Part shown: positions 47,375-56,777 of the stretch, piece after piece
Layout: every line of letters begins with the position of its first letter
Position numbering within the stretch: position 1 is the stretch's first letter
Source: an uncultured Gemmatimonadota bacterium
Lineage (GTDB): Bacteria; Gemmatimonadota; CAZMKB01; CAZNLH01
Assembly: GCA_964442125.1 (NCBI GenBank)
Contig: CAYTWO010000004.1
Location: forward strand, 1 to 57,117
DNA: 57,117 bases
Direction: 5' to 3'
The notes under the pieces: generated by a model
Told to the model about the DNA's origin: nothing
Database searches by the model: none
What the model saw: only the letters and a program-made list of their open reading frames with translations
Translations under genes and position numbers: made by a program

Positions 47375-48913
47375 ATGTCCAGAAAGATCATAATTGTTCT
47401 TTTCTCTTTCATTATCTGGGCGAATTTCTCGGTTCCCCTGATTTCTGCAGGTGAAGTTACATCAGATACGCTTTCTTTCCTTTCAGCCGGGCGAACGTGG
47501 ACCACTCAGTTGATTCGGCTCGGGTCGAGCAACTATGTGCCGATCGATGAAATTCAGCGTGCCCTGGGTGGAAGCATCGAATGGGGAGAATCTGGATTTT
47601 CGGTCACCTACAGGTTCGAAGGAGGGACTCTTCAATTCGAGGACCGGATCCCGTTCTTTTCATTTGATCAGCGTCCGTATCAACTGATCGACCCCCCGCT
47701 TCTCTGGCGGGACAAGTTCCTTATCCCACTCCAGTTAATCACCGAGTACATTCCCTATTTTTATCCGGATGTTTTTTCTTACGACCCGGAAACGAGCAAC
47801 CTTCGGGATCGTCGGTCCTATAACTTTATCAAGGGTATGAAACGGTCAGTGGGTGATAACGAAACGGAAATCTTCTTTCATTCTTCATCTCCTCCACGTT
47901 TCGACATCGATACTTCGAGACCCGGCACGTTTCTTCTGAATCTTTTTGAGACTCAAAACAGTCACCCTATCACTGATTCGCTCCAGGCACTCGGTTATAT
48001 AGATTCGACACTCGTAACCGAATTGGGTGGATCAACTCAGTTCCTCTTCTTTCTCAATCCTTATGTGCGCCGGTACAGAGCCGCAGAGGTGAAAGATCCA
48101 CCGGGGATAAGTATCGTATTCTCGGGTGAGGGGCTTGGTGGTAAAAAGGAAGAGATCGAGGGAGGAAGATTTGACCTGATTTCGGGAAATACCGACCGAA
48201 AGGAGTTCCTGATCAGGACCGTAATCATCGATCCCGGACATGGAGGGAAGGATCCAGGTGCTATAGGCAGGGGTGGTTTGATGGAGAAAGAGATCAATTT
48301 GAAGGTAGCGATGAAATTGGAGTCGATCCTGAAGAAGAAGATGGACCTCAAGGTGATCATGACCCGGCGAAAAGATACGTACATATCCTTGAAAAAACGG
48401 GCGGAGTTGGCAAACAGCAACAAGGGAGATGAAGGTGCCCTGTTCATCAGTATTCACTGTAATTCTTCTAAAAAGAAGGATTTGCGAGGATTCGAGGCTT
48501 ATTTTCTATCGGTCGCGAAGACAGACGAGGAAAGGGCTGTCGCTCACAGGGAAAACCTCAGTGACCAATTATATGAACAAACGGACGATTCGAGAGAAAT
48601 GGCCGACCTCCCCTTCATAATGGTTGACCTGATGCAGAGTGCATATCTTGAAGATAGTAGTGAGTATGCGGAAATTATGAGCAGGGAGTTCAATGACGGA
48701 TCGAGGATCATCAGCCGTGGATTACGCCAGGCTGGATTTTTCGTCCTGAATGGAGCTCATATGCCTTCGATCCTGCTCGAGCTTGGATACCTATCGAACT
48801 CTGTCGAGGAGGAGCTGCTGGGAGACAATCATTACCAGGATGAACTGGCCAGGCGGATTCACAGGGGGATAGAAAGTTGTATTGAACGAAATCGTCGGAA
48901 ATTTGATCAATGA
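47375..48913 (+). CDS. N-acetylmuramoyl-L-alanine amidase (Amidase_3) with N-terminal accessory domains
   Basis: Signal peptide MSRKIIIVLFSFIIWANFSVPLISAGE. C-terminal catalytic domain IIDPGHGGKDPGAIG, ISIHCNS and LELGYLSN. TTG at 47366 is an alternative start. Confidence 0.87.
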   Translation: MSRKIIIVLFSFIIWANFSVPLISAGEVTSDTLSFLSAGRTWTTQLIRLGSSNYVPIDEIQRALGGSIEWGESGFSVTYRFEGGTLQFEDRIPFFSFDQRPYQLIDPPLLWRDKFLIPLQLITEYIPYFYPDVFSYDPETSNLRDRRSYNFIKGMKRSVGDNETEIFFHSSSPPRFDIDTSRPGTFLLNLFETQNSHPITDSLQALGYIDSTLVTELGGSTQFLFFLNPYVRRYRAAEVKDPPGISIVFSGEGLGGKKEEIEGGRFDLISGNTDRKEFLIRTVIIDPGHGGKDPGAIGRGGLMEKEINLKVAMKLESILKKKMDLKVIMTRRKDTYISLKKRAELANSNKGDEGALFISIHCNSSKKKDLRGFEAYFLSVAKTDEERAVAHRENLSDQLYEQTDDSREMADLPFIMVDLMQSAYLEDSSEYAEIMSREFNDGSRIISRGLRQAGFFVLNGAHMPSILLELGYLSNSVEEELLGDNHYQDELARRIHRGIESCIERNRRKFDQ

Positions 48914-48988
48914 CCATGGCGTCATGAGAAGGAACACACACTTTTAGATGGAGGTATACATTGTTTGAGAAGACTGGGAAGCCGTAAA

Positions 48989-50554
48989 ATGGATAGACAT
49001 GTACTGAAAATAATCATTATCAGCATCCTCTTCCCCGGTGTTTGTCTAAAGGTGGGTTGTGTCTACTACAACACCTTCTATCACGCCGAGAAATTTTTCG
49101 AGGATGGACTCAAGGAGGTCGAAAAGTCGGATGGGAAGGTTACACAAAAAGCCAGGGATGATTTTCAGAAGTCGATCAAGAAGTGTGTCAAGGTGTTAAC
49201 GACCTATCCGAAAAGTTCTTACGTCGACGAGGCACTTCTGTTGATGGGGAAGGCTTTTTATCAAAAGTCTGAATACGAGGAAGCGATCAAGGCCTTCGAT
49301 AAGTTATTGACGGAAAATCCTGAGAGTGATAAAAGGGAGGTCGTACTTTACTGGAAAGCGAAGGCTGAATTTAACAGTGAACTCTATCCTGAGTGTCTGA
49401 TGACAATGGATCAGATCGATGATGGTTCAATCCCACCAGGGTGGGAGGATGAGTTGGGATTCCTGCGTGGAGAAACCTATTTCTCGGTGGAAAGTTATAT
49501 GGAGAGCTACAACGAGTTCAATAAGTTACTGGAGGAGGAATCGTCATCAAGGTGGCGAGATGAAGGACTACTGAGGATGGCTCAGTGCCAGTTCTATCTG
49601 GAGGACTATGATGAGGCACTGAGGAGTTTCCAGGATCTCGTCGAGTCTGCAAGCACCCTTTCCCTGAAACGAGAGGGATATTTCTGGATTGCGAGTTCTT
49701 TTTCAGAGATCGGAAGGTATCAGGAGGCGGTAGACGCCTATCGGGAACTTCTTTCCGGAGATCTTTCCGAAGAAGAGAGCATTCGTGCGAGGATAGGACT
49801 CGGACGTCAGCTCATTCTTCTCGGCAATATGGATGATGCACTCGAAGTCTTCCAGTTGATTACGTTTGATTATTCAAAAACTCCGGAAGCTGCAGAGGCA
49901 AACTACTTGCGGGGTAAGCTCTACTTGGAAGGTTTTCGTGATAGCGATAAGGCCAGAGAAGAATTCAAGAAGGGTTATCGTCAGGCCCCCGGCTCTGAAT
50001 ATGGGAAAATGTGCAAGGAGAGGTGGATAGAAGTAGAGCGCTTGAGGAAGTTAAAGGAGTATATAGATGATGAGGATATAGCCCTGTCTGATGGCCTGCC
50101 CCAGGCGTATTATCTGATCGCTGAGTTTTATCTTTACCAGATCAAGGACACTGAGAAAGCACTCGAGGGTTTTCAGGTAGTGATCGACTCGTTCCCTGAC
50201 TCTCCGTGGGCACCGAAGGCGTTGTATGCGAGGGCCTGGGTCCTTGAGACAGACATCGGAGATTCGGTCGCTTCAGAACAGGAGTTTCATCATATTATCG
50301 ATGGCTTTCCGGATACCAGGTATGCTGACTACGCCAGGCTGAAGCTGGACATGGATCTCCCGGAGCGCCCGATGGGGTTCTATGAAGACGAACTCGAAGG
50401 GGAGTTGCTCAGCGCAGTTGCGGTCGATACCGATATCCCGTTGAGTGACGAAGTACTGCCTGTGGAGAGTGTATCCGATTCGATCTCCGAGGTACTTCCT
50501 GACTCTGTACCCTCTGAAGAACCGGCAGAGGGTGATACACTTTCTGGTGGCTAA
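48989..50554 (+). CDS. Tetratricopeptide-repeat protein (envelope-associated, BamD/YbgF-like repeats)
   Basis: About 520 aa with a hydrophobic N-terminus (MDRHVLKIIIISILFPGVCLKVGC). It has repeated TPR-like units (ALLLMGKAFYQKSEYEEAIKAFDKLL and others) and an acidic C-terminal tail. Function is not assignable. Confidence 0.7.
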   Translation: MDRHVLKIIIISILFPGVCLKVGCVYYNTFYHAEKFFEDGLKEVEKSDGKVTQKARDDFQKSIKKCVKVLTTYPKSSYVDEALLLMGKAFYQKSEYEEAIKAFDKLLTENPESDKREVVLYWKAKAEFNSELYPECLMTMDQIDDGSIPPGWEDELGFLRGETYFSVESYMESYNEFNKLLEEESSSRWRDEGLLRMAQCQFYLEDYDEALRSFQDLVESASTLSLKREGYFWIASSFSEIGRYQEAVDAYRELLSGDLSEEESIRARIGLGRQLILLGNMDDALEVFQLITFDYSKTPEAAEANYLRGKLYLEGFRDSDKAREEFKKGYRQAPGSEYGKMCKERWIEVERLRKLKEYIDDEDIALSDGLPQAYYLIAEFYLYQIKDTEKALEGFQVVIDSFPDSPWAPKALYARAWVLETDIGDSVASEQEFHHIIDGFPDTRYADYARLKLDMDLPERPMGFYEDELEGELLSAVAVDTDIPLSDEVLPVESVSDSISEVLPDSVPSEEPAEGDTLSGG

Positions 50555-50600
50555 TTCATTAGTTTGCAGTAGACAGACAACTCATAAAATCTTATCAGTG

Positions 50601-51413
50601 ATGATAGCTGGAGAGAGAACAAGGATCAAGCTCTCGATCGGGACGATAGAGGACTCGATCAAGCTGACTGAAGACACGTACAACCTGGTAGTAACATCAC
50701 ACGGCATGAGTGAGGATATATCACCAGGTCAGTTTTTCATGGTCAAGGGATGGGAAGGATCATCCCCGCTTCTGCGAAGACCCTTCAGTGTAAGCGACAT
50801 TACAGGGGGTTGCCTTTATTTCATCATCAAGAGCATGGGTACGGCTACCCAACTGATTACGAGGCTGGTCAAAGGGGACAAGTTATCTCTCCTGGGTCCT
50901 TTGGGTAGAGGTTTTGTCCTCGATCGAGAGGTCAAGAGACATATTATGGTCGCCGGCGGAGTGGGGATCGCACCCTTCCCTTTGCTTGTCAAGGCGTTGA
51001 AAGGAAATAACCGCTCAGTAGATGTCGAACTCCTTTACGGAGACAGGGATATCGGCCGGTTGATCGACACGGATTGCCTGAGCTTTACGAACATCCAGGT
51101 CTCACTGGCAACGGAAGACGGGTCAGCCGGGCAACGGGGCCTGGTTACCGATTTGCTTTCCCGGAGACTGAACAAGGAAAAAAGCGGGGAGACCGCCATA
51201 TATGCGTGTGGTCCAGGTGCTATGTTGAAAGAGGTACAATCTCAGCTTCTTGATTACCACGGTTCGCTGCAGTTCTCACTGGAGAGTTACATGGGGTGTG
51301 GGTTAGGGAGTTGCATGGGGTGCGTTATCTGCACGAGCAAGGACGGCAACTTGATTTACAACAGAGTGTGCCGTGAAGGTCCGGTCTTCGACGGAAAAGA
51401 GGTGGTCTTTTGA
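50601..51413 (+). CDS. pyrK: Dihydroorotate dehydrogenase electron-transfer subunit
   Basis: Starts at ATG 50601. FAD/NAD-binding ferredoxin-reductase fold (RRPFSV, GPLGRGF, VAGGVGIAP) and a C-terminal 2Fe-2S cysteine cluster CGLGSCMGC...C. The longer ORF from 50445 overlaps the upstream gene. Confidence 0.88.
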   Translation: MIAGERTRIKLSIGTIEDSIKLTEDTYNLVVTSHGMSEDISPGQFFMVKGWEGSSPLLRRPFSVSDITGGCLYFIIKSMGTATQLITRLVKGDKLSLLGPLGRGFVLDREVKRHIMVAGGVGIAPFPLLVKALKGNNRSVDVELLYGDRDIGRLIDTDCLSFTNIQVSLATEDGSAGQRGLVTDLLSRRLNKEKSGETAIYACGPGAMLKEVQSQLLDYHGSLQFSLESYMGCGLGSCMGCVICTSKDGNLIYNRVCREGPVFDGKEVVF

Positions 51414-52336
51414 GCGGTATTGAAGTCGTTCTCTTCGGCATCAAGTTCCAGAATCCGGTAATGGTTGCATCAGGGACCTTCGGTTACGGTGAGGAGTATT
51501 CAGATCTGGTTGCGATCTCTGAACTTGGCGCCTTGGTGACAAAAACGATAACACCTGAACCGCGAGCAGGAAATTCGCCGCCGAGGATTGTAGAAACTCC
51601 GAGCGGTATGTTGAATTCGATCGGGCTGGCAAACGTAGGTATAGAGGAGTTTATCGGCTCGAAATGGCCCTGGATCGAGTCAAATAGAGGAAGTGCCTGT
51701 GTCATCGTTAATATCGGCGGTAAGGATACCAGGGAGTTTGCTTATATGGCAAGAAAGGTGACCGAACTCGACGGTGTAGACGCGATTGAAATTAACCTTT
51801 CTTGTCCAAACGTAGAGGAAGGAGGGGTTAAGAATCTCTCTCGATCGGGACAGATCCAGAAGGTTGTGAGCGCAGTTTGCGAGAATACAGACCTGCCGGT
51901 AATATCAAAATTGAGTCCCAACATGCTCCTCGAAATCGAGGAAATGGCCATCGAAGCGGTGAATGCCGGCAGTCGTGGAATATCGCTGATAAATACACTG
52001 ATGGCGATGGAGGTTGATGTGGAGCGCCGCAAGCCCGTTCTGGGAAATATCACTGGAGGACTTTCTGGACCAGCGATCCTTCCAGTCGGTCTCTATGCCG
52101 TCAACAAAGTCGCAAACGTGGTAGATATACCCGTTATTGGAATCGGAGGAATTTCGAGTCATATGGATGCACTGAAATATATAGTTGCCGGCGCCTCAGC
52201 TGTCCAGATCGGTACAGCCAATTTTGTTAATCCTCATGTCAGTTTCGAGATCATCGAAGGGCTCCGGACCTACATCGATAGTCAGGGAATTGGTGACATA
52301 ACATCACTGATCGGTAGCATGGAACCGAGTGGTTGA
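51410..52336 (+). CDS. pyrD: Dihydroorotate dehydrogenase, catalytic subunit (class 1B)
   Basis: 308 aa. NPVMVASGTFGYG, GLANVG, EINLSCPN and GIGGI motifs. 4-nt overlap with pyrK. Confidence 0.92.
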   Translation: MSGIEVVLFGIKFQNPVMVASGTFGYGEEYSDLVAISELGALVTKTITPEPRAGNSPPRIVETPSGMLNSIGLANVGIEEFIGSKWPWIESNRGSACVIVNIGGKDTREFAYMARKVTELDGVDAIEINLSCPNVEEGGVKNLSRSGQIQKVVSAVCENTDLPVISKLSPNMLLEIEEMAIEAVNAGSRGISLINTLMAMEVDVERRKPVLGNITGGLSGPAILPVGLYAVNKVANVVDIPVIGIGGISSHMDALKYIVAGASAVQIGTANFVNPHVSFEIIEGLRTYIDSQGIGDITSLIGSMEPSG

Positions 52337-52760
52337 GATGAGAGATATCGTCCTCATCATGTCGATGGTCACATTCCTTTCGTGCGCGTCAGCACCGAAG
52401 TACAGGTCCGGTGACCAGGGGAGTACAGGTGGTACACTCTACAGTTCAGATTTTTACCAGAGGGGGATCGCGTCCTATTACGGACGAGATTTTCACGGGA
52501 AGCGGACCGCCAGTGGAGAAATCTATGATATGAACGGTATATCGGCTGCCCATCGTACCTTACCCTTCAGGACGTTACTGGAAGTCACGAACCTGGATAA
52601 CGGGCGTAAGGTTACCGTAAGGGTAAACGACAGGGGTCCATTCGTGGCCGGTCGGATCATCGACCTTTCCGTCGGAGCCGCGAGAGAATTGAGGATGCTG
52701 AAGGCAGGAACGGCCATGGTGGAGATTCGAGTGCGCCAATGGGGGAATTCCGGAGAATGA
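52329..52760 (+). CDS. rlpA: Septal-ring lytic transglycosylase RlpA-family protein (DPBB domain)
   Basis: 143 aa with a lipoprotein-like N-terminus (LIMSMVTFLSCAS). DPBB core GIASYYGRDFHGKRTASGEIYD...AAHRTLPF...VTNLDNGRKVTVRVNDRGPF. Confidence 0.85.
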   Translation: MVEMRDIVLIMSMVTFLSCASAPKYRSGDQGSTGGTLYSSDFYQRGIASYYGRDFHGKRTASGEIYDMNGISAAHRTLPFRTLLEVTNLDNGRKVTVRVNDRGPFVAGRIIDLSVGAARELRMLKAGTAMVEIRVRQWGNSGE

Positions 52761-53500
52761 AGATAGAGAGTGAAAAAAGGTTGATCGTCGCCCTCGACTT
52801 TCCATCGGAGGATCAGATCTATGATATGATCGAGACCTTGTTTCCGACGGTGAAATTTTTTAAAATAGGACTCGAGGCATATTCTGCCTGTGGACCCTCT
52901 CTTGTGCAGTTTATCAAAAAATCAGGGGGTTCGGTCTTTCTCGATCTGAAGTTCCATGATATACCAAGGACAGTTCAAAGGGCATGCCTCGCCGCACTGG
53001 AGTTAGGTGCTGATATCATAAATGTTCACGCCAGCGGTGGAGCTTTGATGATGAAGGAGGCCGCCGGGGCAAGGGTGATCTGGAGAGAAAAGGCAGGAGG
53101 TCGCGGAAGAGAAGAGCTGTTCCCTGCTATCATAGCTGTGACGCTTTTGACACATATCGGAGAAGGTGAATATTACAAGATATATGGGGCAACCCCACTA
53201 AGCCCTGGGGGCTTTGTTGAAAAGCTATCTATCTCGGTCAAGGAATCCGGGCTTCAGGGGGTAGTTGCATCCGGACGGGAAACCAGGATGATCAGAGATA
53301 AGCTGGGTGAAGATTTTCTGATCGTTACACCGGGCGTGAGACCCGCCGGGGCTGAAGATGGAGGTCATGTGAGAAAGGTCACGCCCGTTGAAGCGATAAA
53401 TAATGGTTCGGACCTTATAGTCGTTGGGCGACCTATTACCGGGGCTGAAGAGCCGTTGAGTGCGGCTAAGGTAATCCTCGATGAGATGACATCGGGGTAG
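52757..53500 (+). CDS. pyrF: Orotidine 5'-phosphate decarboxylase
   Basis: Starts MKIESEKRLIVALDF at ATG 52757, a 4-nt overlap with rlpA. FFKIG, DLKFHDIPRTV and IVVGRPI motifs. Confidence 0.88.
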   Translation: MKIESEKRLIVALDFPSEDQIYDMIETLFPTVKFFKIGLEAYSACGPSLVQFIKKSGGSVFLDLKFHDIPRTVQRACLAALELGADIINVHASGGALMMKEAAGARVIWREKAGGRGREELFPAIIAVTLLTHIGEGEYYKIYGATPLSPGGFVEKLSISVKESGLQGVVASGRETRMIRDKLGEDFLIVTPGVRPAGAEDGGHVRKVTPVEAINNGSDLIVVGRPITGAEEPLSAAKVILDEMTSG

Positions 53501-53504
53501 TTGT

Positions 53505-53552
53505 ACCTAATTTGAGCGATTATGTCGCTCAACTTAGGTTGTACTCTTTTTT
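53505..53552 (+). terminator. Intrinsic terminator formed by a solo pair of MITE terminal repeats
   Basis: ACCTAATTTGAGCGA-TTATG-TCGCTCAACTTAGGT (53505-53539; 15-bp stem with one mismatch) is followed by TGTACTC and T6 (53547-53552). It begins 5 nt after the pyrF stop. Confidence 0.6.
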
Positions 53553-53805
53553 GGACGGCTCGAAGAAAATCGAGGACTCCTGTGCTCAGAATGAGAAGCT
53601 GTCCCGAGTATGGCTTGATTTTTATAATGTAGTGATCATTATAGAGTTAAGGCCGTGAAACGCTGTTGCTTTATCCGGATACTTATCAGATATCTTCATT
53701 ATAGGAGTTATATTACACGTGGTACGGGATTTGCTTTTTCTCTCTAACCGTGTGGGCGTAGCATTTTTCCCAGCGGTGGGTCGTACAGAACGGGAGCACT
53801 TTGAA

Positions 53806-54609
53806 ATGTCGCAAATGCTTAGAAAACAAGGAGTATCAAAGGGTTATCTTTCCACGCTACTTCCCCGTGGTCTCTCCATGTCCCTCGGTCTTTTTCTCCT
53901 TTTTGTGATTTTGACCGTCCTGTTTTCTAGTCATCCTTTGCAGGCTCAGCGCGTGAAGGAGACCAAAAGGGTCGATGGTTCACTGCGAGCAAACCGGGAT
54001 AAGAGGGTGCAAACAGTTGAGCCGCGGAAAAAGACGGTCAGGGAGACAAATCAGACGAGAGAGAAGGTCAGGAAAGAAGCTGAAACGAAACCGAGGATGA
54101 ATCGGAATTCCAGAAAGGCTCTTCCCATCATCGAGGGTCGAAGGCGAGATCAAGAGGTGAAAAGGGTGCCTGAAAGAGCAATCATGGAAAGATCTCGTGA
54201 TGAATCTATCCAGCCCAGAAAAGTCCCCGAGGATACGAACCGCAGGGTGCAGGATACACTGGAGAAATTCAGGAGAGATTGGGTCAATGGAGACTCGAGA
54301 TCTCTTACAGGACTTATGTCCGGTAAATCAAGAGTTAAGATAACCATCGAGTCTAAAGATATCAACGATTCGTTTGGCAGGGGGCAGGCCCAATATGTTT
54401 TGAAGGAATATCTGTCTTCGGTTGATATAAGGGAGATGTCCTTTTCCAGGTTCAGGGTTTCATCTTCGGATGAGAGGTCTGCCTACGGTGTCGGCAAGTT
54501 GCAGATGCGTGATCGAAAGACAGGCAGGATTATGGATCACACCGTATTTGTCTCCATGGAAAAGGAGGGGGAAGGTTGGGCCGTCAGGGAGATCCGCATT
54601 ACAGAATAG
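53806..54609 (+). CDS. Hypothetical secreted/anchored protein, Lys/Arg-rich linker plus C-terminal globular (possibly NTF2-like) domain
   Basis: ATG at 53806 lies 9 nt after GGGAG. Signal-like segment LSMSLGLFLLFVILTVLFSSHPLQAQ, a highly basic low-complexity region and a C-terminal ~110-aa domain. The ORF is open from 53719. No confident family assignment. Confidence 0.55.
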   Translation: MSQMLRKQGVSKGYLSTLLPRGLSMSLGLFLLFVILTVLFSSHPLQAQRVKETKRVDGSLRANRDKRVQTVEPRKKTVRETNQTREKVRKEAETKPRMNRNSRKALPIIEGRRRDQEVKRVPERAIMERSRDESIQPRKVPEDTNRRVQDTLEKFRRDWVNGDSRSLTGLMSGKSRVKITIESKDINDSFGRGQAQYVLKEYLSSVDIREMSFSRFRVSSSDERSAYGVGKLQMRDRKTGRIMDHTVFVSMEKEGEGWAVREIRITE

Positions 54610-54616
54610 TCCCCTT

Positions 54617-54637
54617 ACCGCTTTTGAAGCGGTTCTT
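54617..54637 (+). terminator. Weak terminator-like hairpin after the hypothetical gene
   Basis: ACCGCTT-TTG-AAGCGGT (7-bp stem) followed by TCTT. The T tract is poor. Confidence 0.3.
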
Positions 54638-54788
54638 ACCGTATACAGTCCCTTTTAAAACCATGTCTCCCCCGATCTACCGGTGAAATTGTCCTTACGT
54701 ACAGCGAACCGTTTGTGATATTTCTTCCCTCTTATGACCGTTCCGGATCGGCGCTGGTAATAGATTGTTTTTTTATCGTGAGAAACAG

Positions 54789-54816
54789 TTGACTTCCATC
54801 CATTTAAAATTATATT
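54789..54816 (+). promoter_or_regulatory. Sigma-70-like promoter candidate inside the long cysS-upstream spacer
   Basis: TTGACT (54789-54794), 16-nt spacer, TATATT (54811-54816). It would produce a ~240-nt leader before the ORF at 55065. Confidence 0.35.
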
Positions 54817-55064
54817 ATTCTTGATTTATTATCCTTAATGGAAGAATCCCCCGCACGGCAGTTCAGGGGCTCTTCGCACCACAAGGAGAAGAATTGATTA
54901 TTTTGATTCGGTGACCTGTTTCTGTCGATAATCGCGGGAAAAACCCTCGCTGTCTATTATTGGTCATTGCTAACCTGTTAACCCTTTAAGAATCCGGTAG
55001 TCCTGCTGGATTCAACTTGTATAAGAGGAAAAAGACGGGTTTTTTTTATTTTGGAGAGTGACGG

Positions 55065-55295
55065 ATGGATTTTGAGATGATCGTACTGGATGAATTGACG
55101 GAGGTTCTGCTCGTACATGTCTTCGAGATCCTCCTGATCTTGATCATATCCTTTGCGGTCCTCCGATTCATAAGATATCTGACGACACGAATACAGGAGA
55201 GTGTGGATGACGGTGATCCTCATATATGGGTCCTGGAGGGAAAAGGAGTGCCGGACAATACCGGTAAAGGGCTCTATAAGTGTGATATAGCATGA
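55065..55295 (+). CDS. Small hypothetical membrane protein (76 aa), possibly a remnant of an MscS-type channel N-terminus
   Basis: ATG preceded by GGAGAG. One strong TM (VLLVHVFEILLILIISFAVLRFI). Its stop overlaps the cysS ATG by 4 nt (ATGA). No family recognised. Confidence 0.35.
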   Translation: MDFEMIVLDELTEVLLVHVFEILLILIISFAVLRFIRYLTTRIQESVDDGDPHIWVLEGKGVPDNTGKGLYKCDIA

Positions 55296-56695
55296 AATTG
55301 TTCAACACGATCAAACGAAAAAAAGAGGAATTTACTACGATTCGGGATGGTGAAGTATGGATGTACACCTGCGGACCGACCGTTTATGATCTGGCTCATA
55401 TCGGTAACTTCAGGACTTTTATCTTTGAAGATGTACTCAGGAGGTATTTGAAGCTTAGGGGTTACAGAGTCAGGCAGGTCATGAACATCACCGATATTGA
55501 TGACAAGACGATTGCTGGTGCTCGGGAAGAAAATGTCAGCATCGATGAGTATACATCCAGTTACATCGAAGCCTTCTTTGAAGACCTCGAGACCCTCAGG
55601 ATCGAAAAAGCGGAATATTACCCTCGAGCAACCGAGCACATCGAGGAAATGGTCGAAATTATCAATGGTCTACTGGAAAAAAAATTTGCTTACGAGAAAA
55701 ATGGATCGGTCTATTTCGATATATCGAAGTACGGTTCATACGGAAAATTGTCCGGACGAAAGGCTTCGGATGAGGGTGGGGTTGTAGACTCTGATGAATA
55801 TGGGGAAGACGCGCGTGATTTTGCCCTTTGGAAGGCGTTCAAAGAGGGAGAGCCTTTTTGGGAGGCGCCTTTCGGAAAAGGGAGACCCGGGTGGCACATC
55901 GAGTGTTCGGCGATGAGCATGAAGTATCTCGGACAGAGTTTTGATGTCCACACCGGGGGTGTCGACAACATCTTCCCGCACCATGAGAACGAGATTGCCC
56001 AGTCGGAGGCATACACCGATGAGCCCTTCGTGAGGTACTGGCTGCACAGTGAGCATCTCTTCGTCGATGGTGAAAAGATGTCAAAGTCGAAAGGAAACTG
56101 CTATACGATCAGAGATCTGATCGATATGGGACACGATCCAAGAGCTATCAGGTTCTCTCTTGCGTCCTCATATTATCGGCATCCACTGAATTTTACTCTC
56201 GATGGGCTCGAGGGTGTCGGGTCAACGCTAAAGCGGATAGAAGACTTTCATAGCAGGATCGTCGAGATGGATACAGGGAAAAGTGCAGGAGGCATCCGTG
56301 ACTTAGTGGAAAAGGCCAGGGATCAATTCTATTCCGGGATGGATGATGACCTTAACTGCCCCAAAGCGCTTGGCAGTATCTTTGAGATGATTCGCCAGGT
56401 TAACAAGCAACTTGATCTTGGAGAATCGATAGATGAAGAGGAGAGAAGTGGAGTAATTGACTTGATTGCCTCAGCAGGCCGTGTTTTCGAGTTCCTTCCT
56501 GAGGATGAGGATGTTCTTCCTGAGAAAGTTGCGGTTATGATAGAGGAGAGAGAAGAGGCAAGGGAGAAAAAAGACTACGTGAAAGCCGACAGGTTGAGAG
56601 ATGACATCGCGCGGGAAGGTTTTCTCCTGGAGGATACTCCCAAAGGAATTAAGTGGAGCAGGTTATTCGGGGTGAAAAAGGACCATGCAGATTAG
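55292..56695 (+). CDS. cysS: Cysteine--tRNA ligase
   Basis: 467 aa. HIGH-type motif (AHIGNFRTF), zinc/cysteine-binding WHIECS and the KMSKS motif (GEKMSKSKGN). Confidence 0.95.
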   Translation: MKLFNTIKRKKEEFTTIRDGEVWMYTCGPTVYDLAHIGNFRTFIFEDVLRRYLKLRGYRVRQVMNITDIDDKTIAGAREENVSIDEYTSSYIEAFFEDLETLRIEKAEYYPRATEHIEEMVEIINGLLEKKFAYEKNGSVYFDISKYGSYGKLSGRKASDEGGVVDSDEYGEDARDFALWKAFKEGEPFWEAPFGKGRPGWHIECSAMSMKYLGQSFDVHTGGVDNIFPHHENEIAQSEAYTDEPFVRYWLHSEHLFVDGEKMSKSKGNCYTIRDLIDMGHDPRAIRFSLASSYYRHPLNFTLDGLEGVGSTLKRIEDFHSRIVEMDTGKSAGGIRDLVEKARDQFYSGMDDDLNCPKALGSIFEMIRQVNKQLDLGESIDEEERSGVIDLIASAGRVFEFLPEDEDVLPEKVAVMIEEREEAREKKDYVKADRLRDDIAREGFLLEDTPKGIKWSRLFGVKKDHAD

Positions 56696-56707
56696 AGATA
56701 ATAAATC

Positions 56708-56736
56708 TTGACAATATCATTTAGAAATATTAATCT
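56708..56736 (+). promoter_or_regulatory. Sigma-70-like promoter candidate for the tRNA cluster
   Basis: TTGACA (56708-56713), 17-nt spacer, TAATCT (56731-56736), about 40 nt upstream of tRNA-Thr. Confidence 0.45.
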
Positions 56737-56777
56737 TAAGGTCTTTGCAAGAAATACAATTGAATCATTTTCTTGTC

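Noticed and set aside
54823-55064. A T-box riboswitch could control cysS.
   Set aside because: I could not find the conserved T-box sequence (AANNNGGGUGGNACCGCG), only a weak GGUGACC. I also found no Cys specifier codon followed by a purine in a plausible specifier loop. The T8 run is not preceded by a GC-rich terminator stem, and a separate ORF lies between it and cysS.
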